The position numbers were made by a program, and so were the translations under genes. The notes beneath the pieces are model-generated. The model did not search any database. It worked only from the letters and a program-made list of their open reading frames with translations, and had not been told where the DNA came from. Source: a virus. Taken from it: 64,000 bases of DNA. This document shows positions 1 to 10,453 of this stretch, in pieces (the first letter of the stretch is position 1; each line of letters opens with the position of its first letter). The stretch is taken from the IMG/VR virus record IMGVR_UViG_3300025280_000023, positions 32,001 to 96,000 of that record, one strand, 5' to 3'.

Positions 1-113
1 GGTTGCCCCTGGAGGACTTCCTCCAGGCCAGTCAAGAGCTTCGACGTCCTCTGACGGTCGTTCTCAATATTTTTTAGCGCTTTTTCAAGCAGTTCTTCTG
101 TGTTTTCACTCAT
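1..113 (-). CDS. Hypothetical protein, truncated by window edge (MSENTEELLEKALKNIENDRQ...)
   Basis: ATG at 113 with AGGAG SD (123-127) and CTAATTAT motif (129-136); open to position 1. Confidence 0.7.
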   Translation of the reverse strand, partial: MSENTEELLEKALKNIENDRQRTSKLLTGLEEVLQGQ

Positions 114-142
114 ATACGTATTCTCCTAATAATTAGAAAACA

Positions 143-835
143 CTATACTTTTCCCTCGTTCCAGCCTCTTTTAAATTCATAATATCGCTGCTTTATTTTT
201 TTTAAGCTATTTGTTATTTGTTTAGTGTTAAGGCCAGTTATTTCTCTTATGTAGAGATAAATGGCTTTTTTATTGAAGATTTCTATATTTTCAATATTGC
301 CAAAAAGGGTTTCTATAGCATATAAAACCTTTAAATCATTTCCCTTGTAGTGCCTCTTCCAGGCCCCTATATTTTCTAATAAATTAGACCACAACTCAAA
401 CTGTTCCCTGTCCCGTATATAGCCATTGTATATTATAGTTTTTTCAGTATGACGGGCTTGGCTTTTTGTAATGTCGTCCAGATCCTCTACTCGCACCTCC
501 GTGAACCTTTTCTTGTTTTGCTTCTTGCACTTGTAAGAAAACCAATTTTTGGTCACAATTGTAAAGTAGGAAAAGGCTTTTGAACCTTTTTCGGGATCAA
601 AATTACTTAAAATAGAAACCAGATATAGTTTGCATTCATGCTTCAAAGAATCTAGATCGGCTAAATAACCAAAATTATATGTAAAAACAATTCTCTCTAT
701 TAATTCATCAAAAGCAGGATTAATAGATTCTATATATAATTCTTCTTTTTCTTTTCTACAGTCAGTCTCACAATACGAAACAATTGATTCTTGTGTTTGC
801 TTCGTAAAATATTTTTTGTCATCGGCTTTTTTCAT
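143..835 (-). CDS. Phage RNA polymerase sigma factor, T4 gp55-like (late transcription)
   Basis: Region-2-like motif NFDPEKGSKAFSYFTIVTKNWF; start moved to MKKADDKKYF (ATG 835) to shorten the overlap with the upstream gene. Confidence 0.7.
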   Translation of the reverse strand: MKKADDKKYFTKQTQESIVSYCETDCRKEKEELYIESINPAFDELIERIVFTYNFGYLADLDSLKHECKLYLVSILSNFDPEKGSKAFSYFTIVTKNWFSYKCKKQNKKRFTEVRVEDLDDITKSQARHTEKTIIYNGYIRDREQFELWSNLLENIGAWKRHYKGNDLKVLYAIETLFGNIENIEIFNKKAIYLYIREITGLNTKQITNSLKKIKQRYYEFKRGWNEGKV

Positions 836-1151
836 ATGAGTATAGTTCTTCTTCATCGTCGATAGTGTCGTATTCATATTCGTCATCCAGCATATCGTAT
901 ATCTCTCCATAAGTTTTAAGGTATTCCGTGAGCTTGTTCCCATGCTTCATTAATTTTATGAACAAAGGATCGCCATAAAACAACCTATTATTATGCAAAA
1001 CCCTAATATGACTACAAAAATCGTCTATAGCCTCTATCAGGTCCTTCTTGTTCTCTACTAGAAAGCTTAATTGAAATAACAAAAACCTAACATAAAAACA
1101 CATTACTATTAGTGCCAGAGCCAAGACGCATGTTAAAATAATCCAAATCAT
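819..1151 (-). CDS. Hypothetical membrane-anchored protein
   Basis: N-terminal hydrophobic helix, acidic tail, operon overlap. Confidence 0.7.
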   Translation of the reverse strand: MIWIILTCVLALALIVMCFYVRFLLFQLSFLVENKKDLIEAIDDFCSHIRVLHNNRLFYGDPLFIKLMKHGNKLTEYLKTYGEIYDMLDDEYEYDTIDDEEELYSYEKSR

Positions 1152-1399
1152 GTTTCGTAGTTAATCCTTGACTTTTTTGTCGATTCTATATCATGTCTTG
1201 TTTCTTCTATTACTTTCTTTATTTCATCTCCAGTACCGGAGCTTAAAGGATTCCTATCATTAATCGTAATAATCGTTGGTAGCCTTTCTAGCTCACAACC
1301 TTCATCACAATCAGGTTTTTTGTAGATCTCATCCTTATAAGAATGCCTTAGTTCAAAAACACTTTCACACTTATTGCACTTATACGAATACGCCGGCAC
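1148..1399 (-). CDS. FmdB-family zinc-ribbon protein
   Basis: MPAYSYKCNKC...FE...CDEGC pattern typical of FmdB-type Zn ribbons. Confidence 0.75.
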   Translation of the reverse strand: MPAYSYKCNKCESVFELRHSYKDEIYKKPDCDEGCELERLPTIITINDRNPLSSGTGDEIKKVIEETRHDIESTKKSRINYET

Positions 1400-1576
1400 T
1401 TATTCTTTTCCCGGATCTTCATCCAGGTGGACTACCGGTGGGTTTTTTACAACAAGTCCATCATTAGTGGGCTCCAAGCTGAACTCTTTAAGGATCCCCG
1501 TAACATCTACTTTGTGTAAAATTCCCCTCTGCAAGGCCATCATTATAGCTCCTACCGCTTGATTCGATAAATTCAT
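1400..1576 (-). CDS. Small hypothetical protein (58 aa, MNLSNQAVGAIMMALQRG...), not in ORF track
   Basis: Fills the gap exactly, ATGA overlap with the upstream gene, GGAGG SD. Confidence 0.75.
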   Translation of the reverse strand: MNLSNQAVGAIMMALQRGILHKVDVTGILKEFSLEPTNDGLVVKNPPVVHLDEDPGKE

Positions 1577-2454
1577 TTTAGTACCTCCTTAAAACAATTT
1601 CGAATTCCTTCTTCAATTGATACCTTAGTAAACCACCCCAATCTGGCCAACTTTGATTTATTTGCCAGAGTGACCATGACGTCACCTTTTCTTGGTGGTG
1701 CATAATCAAAATTAACGTCCGGATTGAACGCCATAACTATTTCTTTCATTTCATTCAATGAAATGTTGGCACCAGTCCCAACGTCAAAAACCTTTCCATT
1801 AAACTTATCACTATATAGCATAGAGAATATATTTGCGGACACAGCATCAGAAACATGAAGCATGTCCCGTCTCTGCCCGCCGGTTCCCGTTATAAACGGA
1901 TTCTTGCCTTCTCGAATATATTTGATCCAATTTGCTACCGCAGTAGCATACGGTCCATCCGCAGGCTGATCTTTTGAGTACACGTTAAAATACCTAAGGG
2001 CAACCGTATCTAGGCCATATAGTTTCGAATACAGTCCGCATTCCAGTTCAGAGACCAGCTTTTGCAGCGCGTATGGGCTTTCAGGTCCGTAGCCATTGCC
2101 GACGATAGAAGAGGAGCTTGAATAAATAACTCTCTTTGCTCCAACTTTTCTTGCAAAATTTAATACAACACTCGTAGACAAGACATTGTTTTCCATAGTC
2201 TGCACAGGCTGCTCAATACTAAGCGGCACCCTAGGAAAGCAGGCTAAGTGAAAAATATGTTCTGGTTTAAAATTAAAGTAATGTGGATGAAAATTTCCAT
2301 CGCTATCTTCTTTTAGGCCATTTAACTTGGTAATATCTTTTGGAACTTCTTCTTTCAAGTCTATTCCCATAACTTCATGACCCTGATTCTTCAGGGCTTC
2401 AAAAAGCCTAGAGCCAATATAGCCCTTATGTCCTGTCACAAGGCACCTACTCAT
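1573..2454 (-). CDS. NAD-dependent nucleotide-sugar epimerase/dehydratase (extended SDR)
   Basis: TGHKGYIG Rossmann motif, SSSS, YALQK (YxxxK), LRYFNVY, RDMLHVSD. Confidence 0.92.
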   Translation of the reverse strand: MSRCLVTGHKGYIGSRLFEALKNQGHEVMGIDLKEEVPKDITKLNGLKEDSDGNFHPHYFNFKPEHIFHLACFPRVPLSIEQPVQTMENNVLSTSVVLNFARKVGAKRVIYSSSSSIVGNGYGPESPYALQKLVSELECGLYSKLYGLDTVALRYFNVYSKDQPADGPYATAVANWIKYIREGKNPFITGTGGQRRDMLHVSDAVSANIFSMLYSDKFNGKVFDVGTGANISLNEMKEIVMAFNPDVNFDYAPPRKGDVMVTLANKSKLARLGWFTKVSIEEGIRNCFKEVLK

Positions 2455-3250
2455 TTTTCATACCTCTCATTTCCCCAATTCTAAGATTGGATTTCCAGAC
2501 CTCTTTTAGGAGTTCCGCAGAATATCCCTCTTTTTCAGCAGCGCAAGTCAACGCATTGATATCCTTTGGAAGACATTTCCCAGAAAACGGTAGTTTATTC
2601 TGGTGAAAAACAGCAGTGTGCATCGGATTGACTCTTGGGTCTAAAAGAAACAACTCTCTTGCTTCATTATAATCCATGCCAATGGCGTCACAAATATTTT
2701 TCATTTCGTAGCAAAACGTTATTTTAGTTGCATAGAAGGAGTTCTCCATATACTTAGCGAACTCCGCAGAAGTCGCATTTGTCTTTACATACTTCTTTGT
2801 GGGGCCAACAACAGGCATAAAATAATCAACCATTTTTGATGTATCCACGGGGTCTCCTCCGAAGATAAAAAATGGGGTCTCCTTTACATCCGTATCAAAA
2901 GCATACGGAGACCAATATGTAGACTCGCCACAATATTCAGGAGAAAATACAATACTTTTGCCTGTTTTCGCTTTGAGTCTTTGAGTTGTTCCCACCTCAA
3001 CAGTTGACTTCAAAAGAATAAGGGGAGTGTCAAGCCAATTAATAGTATCTTCAACAATAGATAAATCGCAGCTACCATCGCCTGCCATGGGGGTTGGAAC
3101 ACAGACGACCCCCAAGTTGCATGTATTTATATATTCTTTACTACAACTCCCTTTTTTTCCAGGATCGTAAAAAACTACATCATAATGATCTTTAAAAAAA
3201 TCATACATTGCGGTCCCAACATAACCAAGTCCGATTATTCCTATTTTCAT
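2447..3250 (-). CDS. UDP-glucose/GDP-mannose dehydrogenase family protein (short form)
   Basis: GLGYVG, CVPTP, KSTV, FSPE, KYMENSFYATKITF, SGKCLPKD. Confidence 0.88.
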   Translation of the reverse strand: MKIGIIGLGYVGTAMYDFFKDHYDVVFYDPGKKGSCSKEYINTCNLGVVCVPTPMAGDGSCDLSIVEDTINWLDTPLILLKSTVEVGTTQRLKAKTGKSIVFSPEYCGESTYWSPYAFDTDVKETPFFIFGGDPVDTSKMVDYFMPVVGPTKKYVKTNATSAEFAKYMENSFYATKITFCYEMKNICDAIGMDYNEARELFLLDPRVNPMHTAVFHQNKLPFSGKCLPKDINALTCAAEKEGYSAELLKEVWKSNLRIGEMRGMKNE

Positions 3251-3257
3251 ATGTTCC

Positions 3258-3899
3258 TCATTTATTCAAAATCTTATCGTACTGGCCAATTTCATCCACG
3301 TTTTTTGTCCTGTTGCTGGCGTGTTGTCTATACCTATAGAGCGGCATCTCTAAATGAAAATAACTATACTTTTTTGAAAATCGCTTTAACAAGTCATGCC
3401 CCTCTCTCATTTTAAACTTTTCATCATAGAAATTAATGCCGCATAGGGACTCGTAAGTAAACATTATACCACATGCGACTGGTTCGTCGCTAAAATTATA
3501 TGCCCCCAAGGTATTGCCAACCTCATCAACTTTTTTATAGTCACATGCAACTGCTTGGTATTTTCTATTCATATCTAAAAATAATGACAGCGACTGTAGG
3601 AAGTGTTTCGACACATAATCATCCGCGTCTATTCGAACAAAGTACCTTCCCAGGGACTGGTTCAGGGTCTTATTTAACGACGCAGGCAACCCTATGTTCT
3701 CTTTATTATTTATAAGTCTAATATTCAAATGTGGCTCAACTATACTACAAATGTCATCTAGGCTTTCATCCGGATTATCATTGACGATTATAACTTCAAA
3801 TTCGTCAGTGGGTAAGGTTTGCCCAATAAGGCTTCTAAGGCACCTGTGTAGCCAGTCTCTCTGTTTATAGCAGCACACAGCTACCGTTACCTTGTACAT
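3258..3899 (-). CDS. GT2 glycosyltransferase
   Basis: IIVND, NIGLPASLN, RIDADD (DxD). Confidence 0.9.
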   Translation of the reverse strand: MYKVTVAVCCYKQRDWLHRCLRSLIGQTLPTDEFEVIIVNDNPDESLDDICSIVEPHLNIRLINNKENIGLPASLNKTLNQSLGRYFVRIDADDYVSKHFLQSLSLFLDMNRKYQAVACDYKKVDEVGNTLGAYNFSDEPVACGIMFTYESLCGINFYDEKFKMREGHDLLKRFSKKYSYFHLEMPLYRYRQHASNRTKNVDEIGQYDKILNK

Positions 3900-4783
3900 G
3901 CTTCTAAAATCCCTTCCAGGGCCTTTCTCTGGCTCTCTACAGTCGCACCAGCAACATGGGGGGTTATTACAAGATTATCATGTCGCAAATTGAATAACTT
4001 TGATTCTTTCATGTTATAGACATCTTGTTCATTGCATAAAACATCGCAAGAGTAAAAAATCTTATCATCAGTTATAAGGCCATGAATATAGTCTTCGTCG
4101 ACCACCTCGCCCCTTGAAGTATTCACGACAATTAAGCCATCTCTAAAGTCATCAAAAACACCCTCTCTTATCATCTTCTTTGTTTCTTTTGTCAAATAGC
4201 AATTAATCGAAATTATATCACGATCTTTCAAATCATCAATATTTTTAACTTTTTTGTATTTTTCGTTGTCTACATACGGATCAAAATATGAAATATCCAT
4301 TTCAAATGCAGTTGCATATTTCGCTATTTTCCTACCTATTCTTCCAAGGCCCACAATTCCAATCTTTTTGCCAGCCAACTCATTGGATCTCAGTAGCTCT
4401 TCGTTTGCCTCTGTTCTCCAGGGCCTGTGTTTTTTAACAGCCTTGGTAAATTTTCTAAAGGAGTTCATTATATGGATCCACGTAAATTCCGCCGACGCAT
4501 GAATATTTTCAAGCGCATCCCTATTATCAAGAAGGCATTTTAGTTCAATGCCTTTTTCTTCTAGGTATTTAGAGTCAATATGTCCAACGCCCGTAGACGG
4601 GGTTCCGACGATTTTTAAACCTCTGAACTTAGAAAAATATCTCTCCCCAAGATAGGAATCTGTTCCGGGGTTTACGATTAAACAAGACGGTTCTCCGCTC
4701 GCGCTATAACCATACTTAAATAAAATTTCTCCAAGCTCTTTTTTGCTTAGAAAACCCACAGGACAATCAATTTTAACTCTCAT
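3887..4783 (-). CDS. D-isomer-specific 2-hydroxyacid dehydrogenase
   Basis: GIVGLGRIG, NTSRGEVVDE, DV, ITPHVAGAT. Confidence 0.9.
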   Translation of the reverse strand: MRVKIDCPVGFLSKKELGEILFKYGYSASGEPSCLIVNPGTDSYLGERYFSKFRGLKIVGTPSTGVGHIDSKYLEEKGIELKCLLDNRDALENIHASAEFTWIHIMNSFRKFTKAVKKHRPWRTEANEELLRSNELAGKKIGIVGLGRIGRKIAKYATAFEMDISYFDPYVDNEKYKKVKNIDDLKDRDIISINCYLTKETKKMIREGVFDDFRDGLIVVNTSRGEVVDEDYIHGLITDDKIFYSCDVLCNEQDVYNMKESKLFNLRHDNLVITPHVAGATVESQRKALEGILEACTR

Positions 4784-5534
4784 CTTTTTCTCTCAATAAA
4801 AGCTCTGCCCTTCTATCTTTTAGGAGAATCTCTGCTAGTTTTAGATCATTCCACGAGTCTATGTTTACAGAGCTTCTTTCATCCATAATATAAGGGCGAC
4901 ATATTCTACCATGCCTAGAAAACTGTTTAACAATGCAGTCTCTAGTCATCGAATATATGGCCCCATTTCTAATATAGCATGGCTCAAGATCTTGTCTTCT
5001 ACTCCCCTCCCCCTCTGGATGCTCCTTGCAAAAGTCTTCGATCCTGTCGTCTACTATTCTTTTCATCCTAACCGGATGTTTATCCTGCATTTTAACAACA
5101 GACGTAACGCTGTGCGTTCCCGAGTTTACAAGCTTCGTGACCGCATCTTCTATGTGCTCTTCGGTCCTAAGGGGGGCTACACACGGCAATTCTACTACAT
5201 AATCATACTTGATATTGTAGATTTTTTCACATTCGATAACAGCATGTTTTAATGCGTCCCTTGACCACACTCCATCTCCAGATAGTCTTTGCGGCCGCAT
5301 AAACGGAACGAGAGCACCACGTGCTTCAGATATCTTGGCAATTTCTTTGGAATCCGTGCTTACCACATAATGACTAAATACTCCGCTCTTTAATGCCGCA
5401 TCAATCGTATAAGCGATTAAGGGCTTGCCATCTATGTTCCGGATATTCTTTTTAGGAACGCCCTTTGAGCCGCCACGAGCCAATGTTACACCTAGTATTT
5501 TTAAGGTGCCTCCAAATAATTTATTTCTTTTCAT
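4773..5534 (-). CDS. neuA: Acylneuraminate (nonulosonate) cytidylyltransferase
   Basis: ARGGSKGVPKKNI, GKPLIAYTI, VSTD, NGAIY, SVNIDSWNDL; start set at ATG 5534 overlapping the neuB end. Confidence 0.88.
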   Translation of the reverse strand: MKRNKLFGGTLKILGVTLARGGSKGVPKKNIRNIDGKPLIAYTIDAALKSGVFSHYVVSTDSKEIAKISEARGALVPFMRPQRLSGDGVWSRDALKHAVIECEKIYNIKYDYVVELPCVAPLRTEEHIEDAVTKLVNSGTHSVTSVVKMQDKHPVRMKRIVDDRIEDFCKEHPEGEGSRRQDLEPCYIRNGAIYSMTRDCIVKQFSRHGRICRPYIMDERSSVNIDSWNDLKLAEILLKDRRAELLLREKDES

Positions 5535-6216
5535 ATATAGATTTCCTAACGCCCTCAACCTGAGAGCCCTGCTCTCTGAGCATTCTTAGCTCGTCTAGGT
5601 TCATAGAGCCGATATGATCGTTCCCTTTCATACCTTTATTTAGTGTAAAATGCTTTTCAATAATCGACGCACCATGCGCAATATTATAAAGAGCGTATGA
5701 TATACCATATGAATGGTCACTAAGTCCAATAATATTAGCATTATATACAAACATTTTAAAGTCTACACAACTTGTTGGATATTTTGAAATGCAATTGAAA
5801 TATTTAACATGGGGAGCCGAAAAAGGTACTCCAAGCCCCTGGTAAAGGCCAAGTGATATGTAAGTCGGCTTTCCAAGGTCAACGATCTTTTTACACAACT
5901 CTTGTTCTTTTACTATCGTTCGACTTGCAATCTTATATCTTTTGACCCCCAACTCTTCGCACCATTCAATTTTTTCCTCATCAAAAACAGAAGCGAAAAA
6001 TTCAATATTATAATGCTCACATATTTGTTTTATTGTTTTGACTTGCTCAAAATTGAATTCATTCTTTTTTCTAGACTCATCTCCAAATACCCGAACAGAA
6101 TCATATAATTGAAACTTAGCAAAATCAGCGCCGCCAATAGCGGATTGCCTTATTAACTCCTCAATTTTTCTAAAGTCTCCGTTGTGATTAATACCTATCT
6201 CAGAAATTATCTTCAC
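5521..6216 (-). CDS. neuB: N-acetylneuraminate synthase family protein (NeuB, no C-terminal SAF domain)
   Basis: EIGINHNGD, KFQ, KIAS, SKYP, GLSDHS, IEKHFTL, NDH. Confidence 0.88.
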   Translation of the reverse strand: MKIISEIGINHNGDFRKIEELIRQSAIGGADFAKFQLYDSVRVFGDESRKKNEFNFEQVKTIKQICEHYNIEFFASVFDEEKIEWCEELGVKRYKIASRTIVKEQELCKKIVDLGKPTYISLGLYQGLGVPFSAPHVKYFNCISKYPTSCVDFKMFVYNANIIGLSDHSYGISYALYNIAHGASIIEKHFTLNKGMKGNDHIGSMNLDELRMLREQGSQVEGVRKSIYEKK

Positions 6217-7192
6217 TTTTTTTAACCTGTCCTTTGATCCAGTTGAATGTCGTTTCCATCCCCGTTTTTAACTCCTGGGAATGGCTCCACCCAAGCTTCT
6301 CTTGGATTAGAGTATTGTCAGAATTTCTGCCCCTTACTCCTAAAGGGCCATCAATATTTTCAATAGAAAGATCTTTACCAGAAATATCAATCGCCATTTT
6401 GGCAAGCTCCTGTATAGTCACCATTTCTTCGGAACCAATATTAACAGGGCCCGCAAAACTAGACTCCATTAGGCGCACTGACGCTTCGATACATTCGTCA
6501 ATATACAGAAAAGACCGTGTTTGCGATCCATCACCCCACACCTCAATAAACCCCCCGTCTTTTCCCTGCGCCGCTTTTCTACACATCGCGGCGGGGGCTT
6601 TTTCTCGCCCACCCGTCCACGCTCCTTCAGGACCAAAGATATTATGATATCTTGCTATGCATACGTCCAGTCCATAATTTTTTGCAAAAGCGGACCATAA
6701 TCTTTCACTAAATAACTTTTCCCATCCATACTCGCTATCGGGATCAGCAGGATATGCGCTGCCTTCCGCACACATAGGATTATTAGGATCCATTTGGTTT
6801 CTTTCCGGGTATATGCACGCAGATGAGGAATAAAACACCTTTTCAACCCCGCTTCTCGTGCATTGTTTCGCTATATTTAAATTAATCATTGCGGAATTAT
6901 GCATTATATCTGCATCATTGTCCCCAGTAAAAACAAACCCAGCGCCCCCCATGTCCGCCGCAAACTGAAACACCCAGTCAAACGTTTTATCAAGAACTAA
7001 ATTACAGACCTTTGGATCGCGCAAATCGCCAATTAGAAACTCGTCAGCCACGGCCGCAATATCAAAAAACTCATGATGCTTTAAGTCCACTCCTCGAACA
7101 TAGTGTCCCTCACTTTTGAGCCTCTTTACCATCGCCCCTCCTATAAACCCTCCAGCGCCACATACCAAAATTCGTTTCTTATTATTTTTCAT
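6200..7192 (-). CDS. GDP-mannose 3,5-epimerase-like SDR
   Basis: GAGGFIG, AADMGGAGF, SSACIYP, DSEYGWEKLFSER, REKAPAAMCRK. Confidence 0.88.
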   Translation of the reverse strand: MKNNKKRILVCGAGGFIGGAMVKRLKSEGHYVRGVDLKHHEFFDIAAVADEFLIGDLRDPKVCNLVLDKTFDWVFQFAADMGGAGFVFTGDNDADIMHNSAMINLNIAKQCTRSGVEKVFYSSSACIYPERNQMDPNNPMCAEGSAYPADPDSEYGWEKLFSERLWSAFAKNYGLDVCIARYHNIFGPEGAWTGGREKAPAAMCRKAAQGKDGGFIEVWGDGSQTRSFLYIDECIEASVRLMESSFAGPVNIGSEEMVTIQELAKMAIDISGKDLSIENIDGPLGVRGRNSDNTLIQEKLGWSHSQELKTGMETTFNWIKGQVKKSEDNF

Positions 7193-7970
7193 TTCTAAAT
7201 TTTTCTCCTATAAGACATACAGGAGGAAGCTCTAACTTGTGCTTATTATTTATATGTCTCAAGGTATAAATACTCAGTGCTTCTTTCTGCTCTCGTGTCA
7301 AGAACCTACTTTCCTGCTGGTTTTTATCATAAAAGTCTAGCGCCCATTCCAAATTTTTATACGAAGCCCCAATTTGTTCTTCATCTGACCGATTATCACC
7401 CCACAGGCCGTCCGTAGGAATCGCTTCTTGAATTGACTTTGGGACGCCTATAGATTTTGCCATTTTATAAACCTCGGTCTTTAGTAGATCCGCGATCGGA
7501 CTAATATCAACACCACCATCACCGTATTTTGTAAAAAAGCCAATTCCGTAATCTTCAACCTTGTTCCCGGTCCCAACAACTAAATAATTTTTTGAATTCG
7601 CAAAAGCGTATAAAGTTATCATCCTTAAGCGGGAGGCTAAATTGGCATAGGCAAGCTCGCTAATCTCGAAAGGCAATACCGACTTAAAACTCTCATGCAT
7701 GCTTGTTAAATCAATAACATGCGACAAAACATTATCGTATCTACTTTTCAGCCAATCAATTTGTTCATTTGAACGACTAAATTGCCCCTCTTCTTGATTT
7801 ATCGGCATGTTAAGAGCCAGCGTTGGTTCTCCCGTTATTGCAGCAAGCGCAGAAGTTAAGGCAGAATCAATCCCCCCAGAGACTCCAATAACAAATCCTC
7901 GCGCCTTAGATTCAACAAGCTTTTGTGTCATCCATGACGAAATATGTTTTACTACTTCTTCATGCCGCAT
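7182..7970 (-). CDS. nadE: NH3-dependent NAD+ synthetase
   Basis: SGGIDS PP-loop, NLASRLRM, GTGNKVE, GFFTKYGDGGVD, PTDGLW; no glutaminase domain; start set at MRHEEVV. Confidence 0.92.
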   Translation of the reverse strand: MRHEEVVKHISSWMTQKLVESKARGFVIGVSGGIDSALTSALAAITGEPTLALNMPINQEEGQFSRSNEQIDWLKSRYDNVLSHVIDLTSMHESFKSVLPFEISELAYANLASRLRMITLYAFANSKNYLVVGTGNKVEDYGIGFFTKYGDGGVDISPIADLLKTEVYKMAKSIGVPKSIQEAIPTDGLWGDNRSDEEQIGASYKNLEWALDFYDKNQQESRFLTREQKEALSIYTLRHINNKHKLELPPVCLIGEKFRNEK

Positions 7971-9084
7971 GCTGATGCTGCCTGTCTCTGACTTGGTATT
8001 CAAACAGGTCTCCATATAGGCTTCTAACATTGTCAATGACTTCTTTTGATTCTCTTATTATAACCTTGTAGCCTTTTTCCGCGATCTCAACAGCAAACTT
8101 TAACTCTTGTGACTCTTCAAGGATTACCGTCCCTGGCTTATACGTAACTTGTTCAATAATTACATCCTCTTCTTTGTCAGTATCCTTCAAAAACTTTTCA
8201 ACTTGAAATTTCAAATGCAAAAAATTACTCTCATCAGAAGCAACACTAATAGGTACCTTTACATCTTTTTCTTCAGCATAGGCCATTAGGGCCCTGTTGT
8301 CGCGTGGAAGGCACGGACCCCCATAACCAAAACCATACCTCAAGCACTTATTTCCAACTCTTGTATCCGTTCCTATTGCCTCCAAGACCTTATCTGCTTG
8401 TGCGCCCGCCGTTACCGCCAAATCACCAATCATATTAGCAAAGGCAATTTTGGTAGTTAGAAAACAATTAAGAGAGATCTTACATATCTCGGCGCTTAGC
8501 GGGCTCATTCTTTTAATAGAGGGTGAATTAACACAAATATTATTATAGATATTTTCCAAAGTATCGCCTATGTTTTCATTGCCTTCTCCAATTAAGACCA
8601 GATCCGGGCTTTGTTGGTCTCTTAAAATACTCCCCTGGGCAATGAACTCCGGGTTGTAGCTGGCGACGAAACCCTCGCCCTTCAACCTCTCCGTGATCTT
8701 GTCAGTGTACCCGGGCATCACCGTCGCGCAGATTATTAAATGCTTCGTCCGCGCCTGTCTCCCAGAAGAAGACAGTTTTTCAACGACCGAATCTATCTGA
8801 CTATGATCATAGCCGCCATTCGATAGCGACGGTGTGGCTACAACCACGAATAATATATCCGAGTGTTCCACCGCCTCCCTAATGTCTACAGTCGCACGAA
8901 AATTTTTAGATGCTCGCAGGTGCTCTCGTACTCCGGGCTCAGACGTAACCAACCTTTTGTCGTTAATGCTCTTAACATAATCTTCTACTATGTCTACACC
9001 AACAACATTATATCCAGATTTTTCCAATGTCAAAGCGAAACAAAGACCCAACTTGCCGATTCCGATTACCGAGACCTTTTCCAT
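7960..9084 (-). CDS. ugd: UDP-glucose/GDP-mannose 6-dehydrogenase
   Basis: GIGKLG, VATP, NPEFIAQG, KISLNCFLTTKIAFAN, GYGGPCLPRD. Confidence 0.85.
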   Translation of the reverse strand: MEKVSVIGIGKLGLCFALTLEKSGYNVVGVDIVEDYVKSINDKRLVTSEPGVREHLRASKNFRATVDIREAVEHSDILFVVVATPSLSNGGYDHSQIDSVVEKLSSSGRQARTKHLIICATVMPGYTDKITERLKGEGFVASYNPEFIAQGSILRDQQSPDLVLIGEGNENIGDTLENIYNNICVNSPSIKRMSPLSAEICKISLNCFLTTKIAFANMIGDLAVTAGAQADKVLEAIGTDTRVGNKCLRYGFGYGGPCLPRDNRALMAYAEEKDVKVPISVASDESNFLHLKFQVEKFLKDTDKEEDVIIEQVTYKPGTVILEESQELKFAVEIAEKGYKVIIRESKEVIDNVRSLYGDLFEYQVRDRQHQHAA

Positions 9085-9085
9085 C

Positions 9086-9919
9086 TTACCCTTCCTCGTT
9101 TTCCAGCTTGGCTCTTATTAGCATATGCCACCCAACCTCGTCAGACATTTCTTCAAACTTTTCCTCTGTCATACTCTTAAAACAGTCCCTGACAACATAG
9201 TTCCCCTTTATATACTCCGGTACGTCGTATGGGAAAACATGGGTTTTTTTAATTTCTTCAACATTAAAGCCCTCTAATAATTTTTTGGCTTCGAGAAAAG
9301 TATAGGTATATGCCCTGGGACAGTTCGTTTGCGCTTCCGCATATTTCCGAATTATATCATCCGAATTTGAAAAATCCCAGCTTTCGGTTTCCCTCATAAA
9401 ATCAAAAAGCTTAAAACTGTACTTTGCGTAAAGCATCAAGCGGAACTCAGCGCCTGGTTTTAAGACTTTTTTAACTTCATTGACAATATCGGCGGGCTGA
9501 TCCGTATGATGAATAACACCGAAAGAATAGACAAGATCAAATTTTTCATTTTGACGGCCTAAAACACGTACAAGGTCCTCCGCGTTTCCATGAAGAAGCC
9601 TGGCATCCAGCCCATAAGTTTTAAACCTCTTGCGACATAGGTCTAAGCTTTTTTTGGACAACTCAACGACCGTTAAGTCCGCTCCGTGGCGTACAAAATT
9701 TATGCTATCAGTCCCAATCCCACAGCCTATTTCTAAAACCCTCTTACCTTTCCACTTTTCAAATTCGGCAAACTTTGGGATGTGTGGCTCGACAAAGTAT
9801 TTCTTCTTTTCAACTTCATCAAAGTACTCTCTTGTACCGATCTCTTTTTTAGAATGTCTAATGTTACAAGGGCGATGATCCCAAAAGGCCTCAATCTTAT
9901 CTATTAATAAGGTTTTCAT
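9086..9919 (-). CDS. Class I SAM-dependent methyltransferase
   Basis: [25 protein letters not shown]. Confidence 0.9.
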   Translation of the reverse strand: MKTLLIDKIEAFWDHRPCNIRHSKKEIGTREYFDEVEKKKYFVEPHIPKFAEFEKWKGKRVLEIGCGIGTDSINFVRHGADLTVVELSKKSLDLCRKRFKTYGLDARLLHGNAEDLVRVLGRQNEKFDLVYSFGVIHHTDQPADIVNEVKKVLKPGAEFRLMLYAKYSFKLFDFMRETESWDFSNSDDIIRKYAEAQTNCPRAYTYTFLEAKKLLEGFNVEEIKKTHVFPYDVPEYIKGNYVVRDCFKSMTEEKFEEMSDEVGWHMLIRAKLENEEG

Positions 9920-10452
9920 TTAACCGCCTCTACATTCAAACTAATGAGCATTCCATTTTCTTTATCCATGTGAGGTTGATATCCTTGGCTATTATCATCA
10001 ACATGTGCGTGCTCTGTTTCACGCCAATCATATCGGTACACTTCTCTAAACCCAACTTCTTCTAGGTCTTGGCTTAACGAATCAAAATCCCAACACCAAT
10101 GATGGAAATTATTTTCATAATCTTGCCCGCCATAAAGAGATCCCCTTAACAAAGGAAGGTCCTTGTGCTTCTGGTAATGCAAACAAATTTTTTCAAAGTC
10201 CGGGACCGCGACCCTTAAAATCCCACCCGGCTTTAAGATATCAAACCATCTTCTTAAAACAGAGCCGTATTCCCACCTAGTAAAATGCTCTAGGACATGA
10301 GATGCGTAAATCAAGTCCGCAGAATTTTTAGGGTACTTCCTGGCGTGTAAATACCTTATATCAGCTACGGCATCAACTGTCGGCATGTGCATGCTGTCTA
10401 TATTGACAAATCCATCGAGATGAACATCTCCACATCCCAAGTGTAGTTTCAT
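9916..10452 (-). CDS. SAM-dependent methyltransferase (type 11-like)
   Basis: [30 protein letters not shown]; start at ATG 10452. Confidence 0.88.
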   Translation of the reverse strand: MKLHLGCGDVHLDGFVNIDSMHMPTVDAVADIRYLHARKYPKNSADLIYASHVLEHFTRWEYGSVLRRWFDILKPGGILRVAVPDFEKICLHYQKHKDLPLLRGSLYGGQDYENNFHHWCWDFDSLSQDLEEVGFREVYRYDWRETEHAHVDDNSQGYQPHMDKENGMLISLNVEAVK

Positions 10453-10453
10453 T

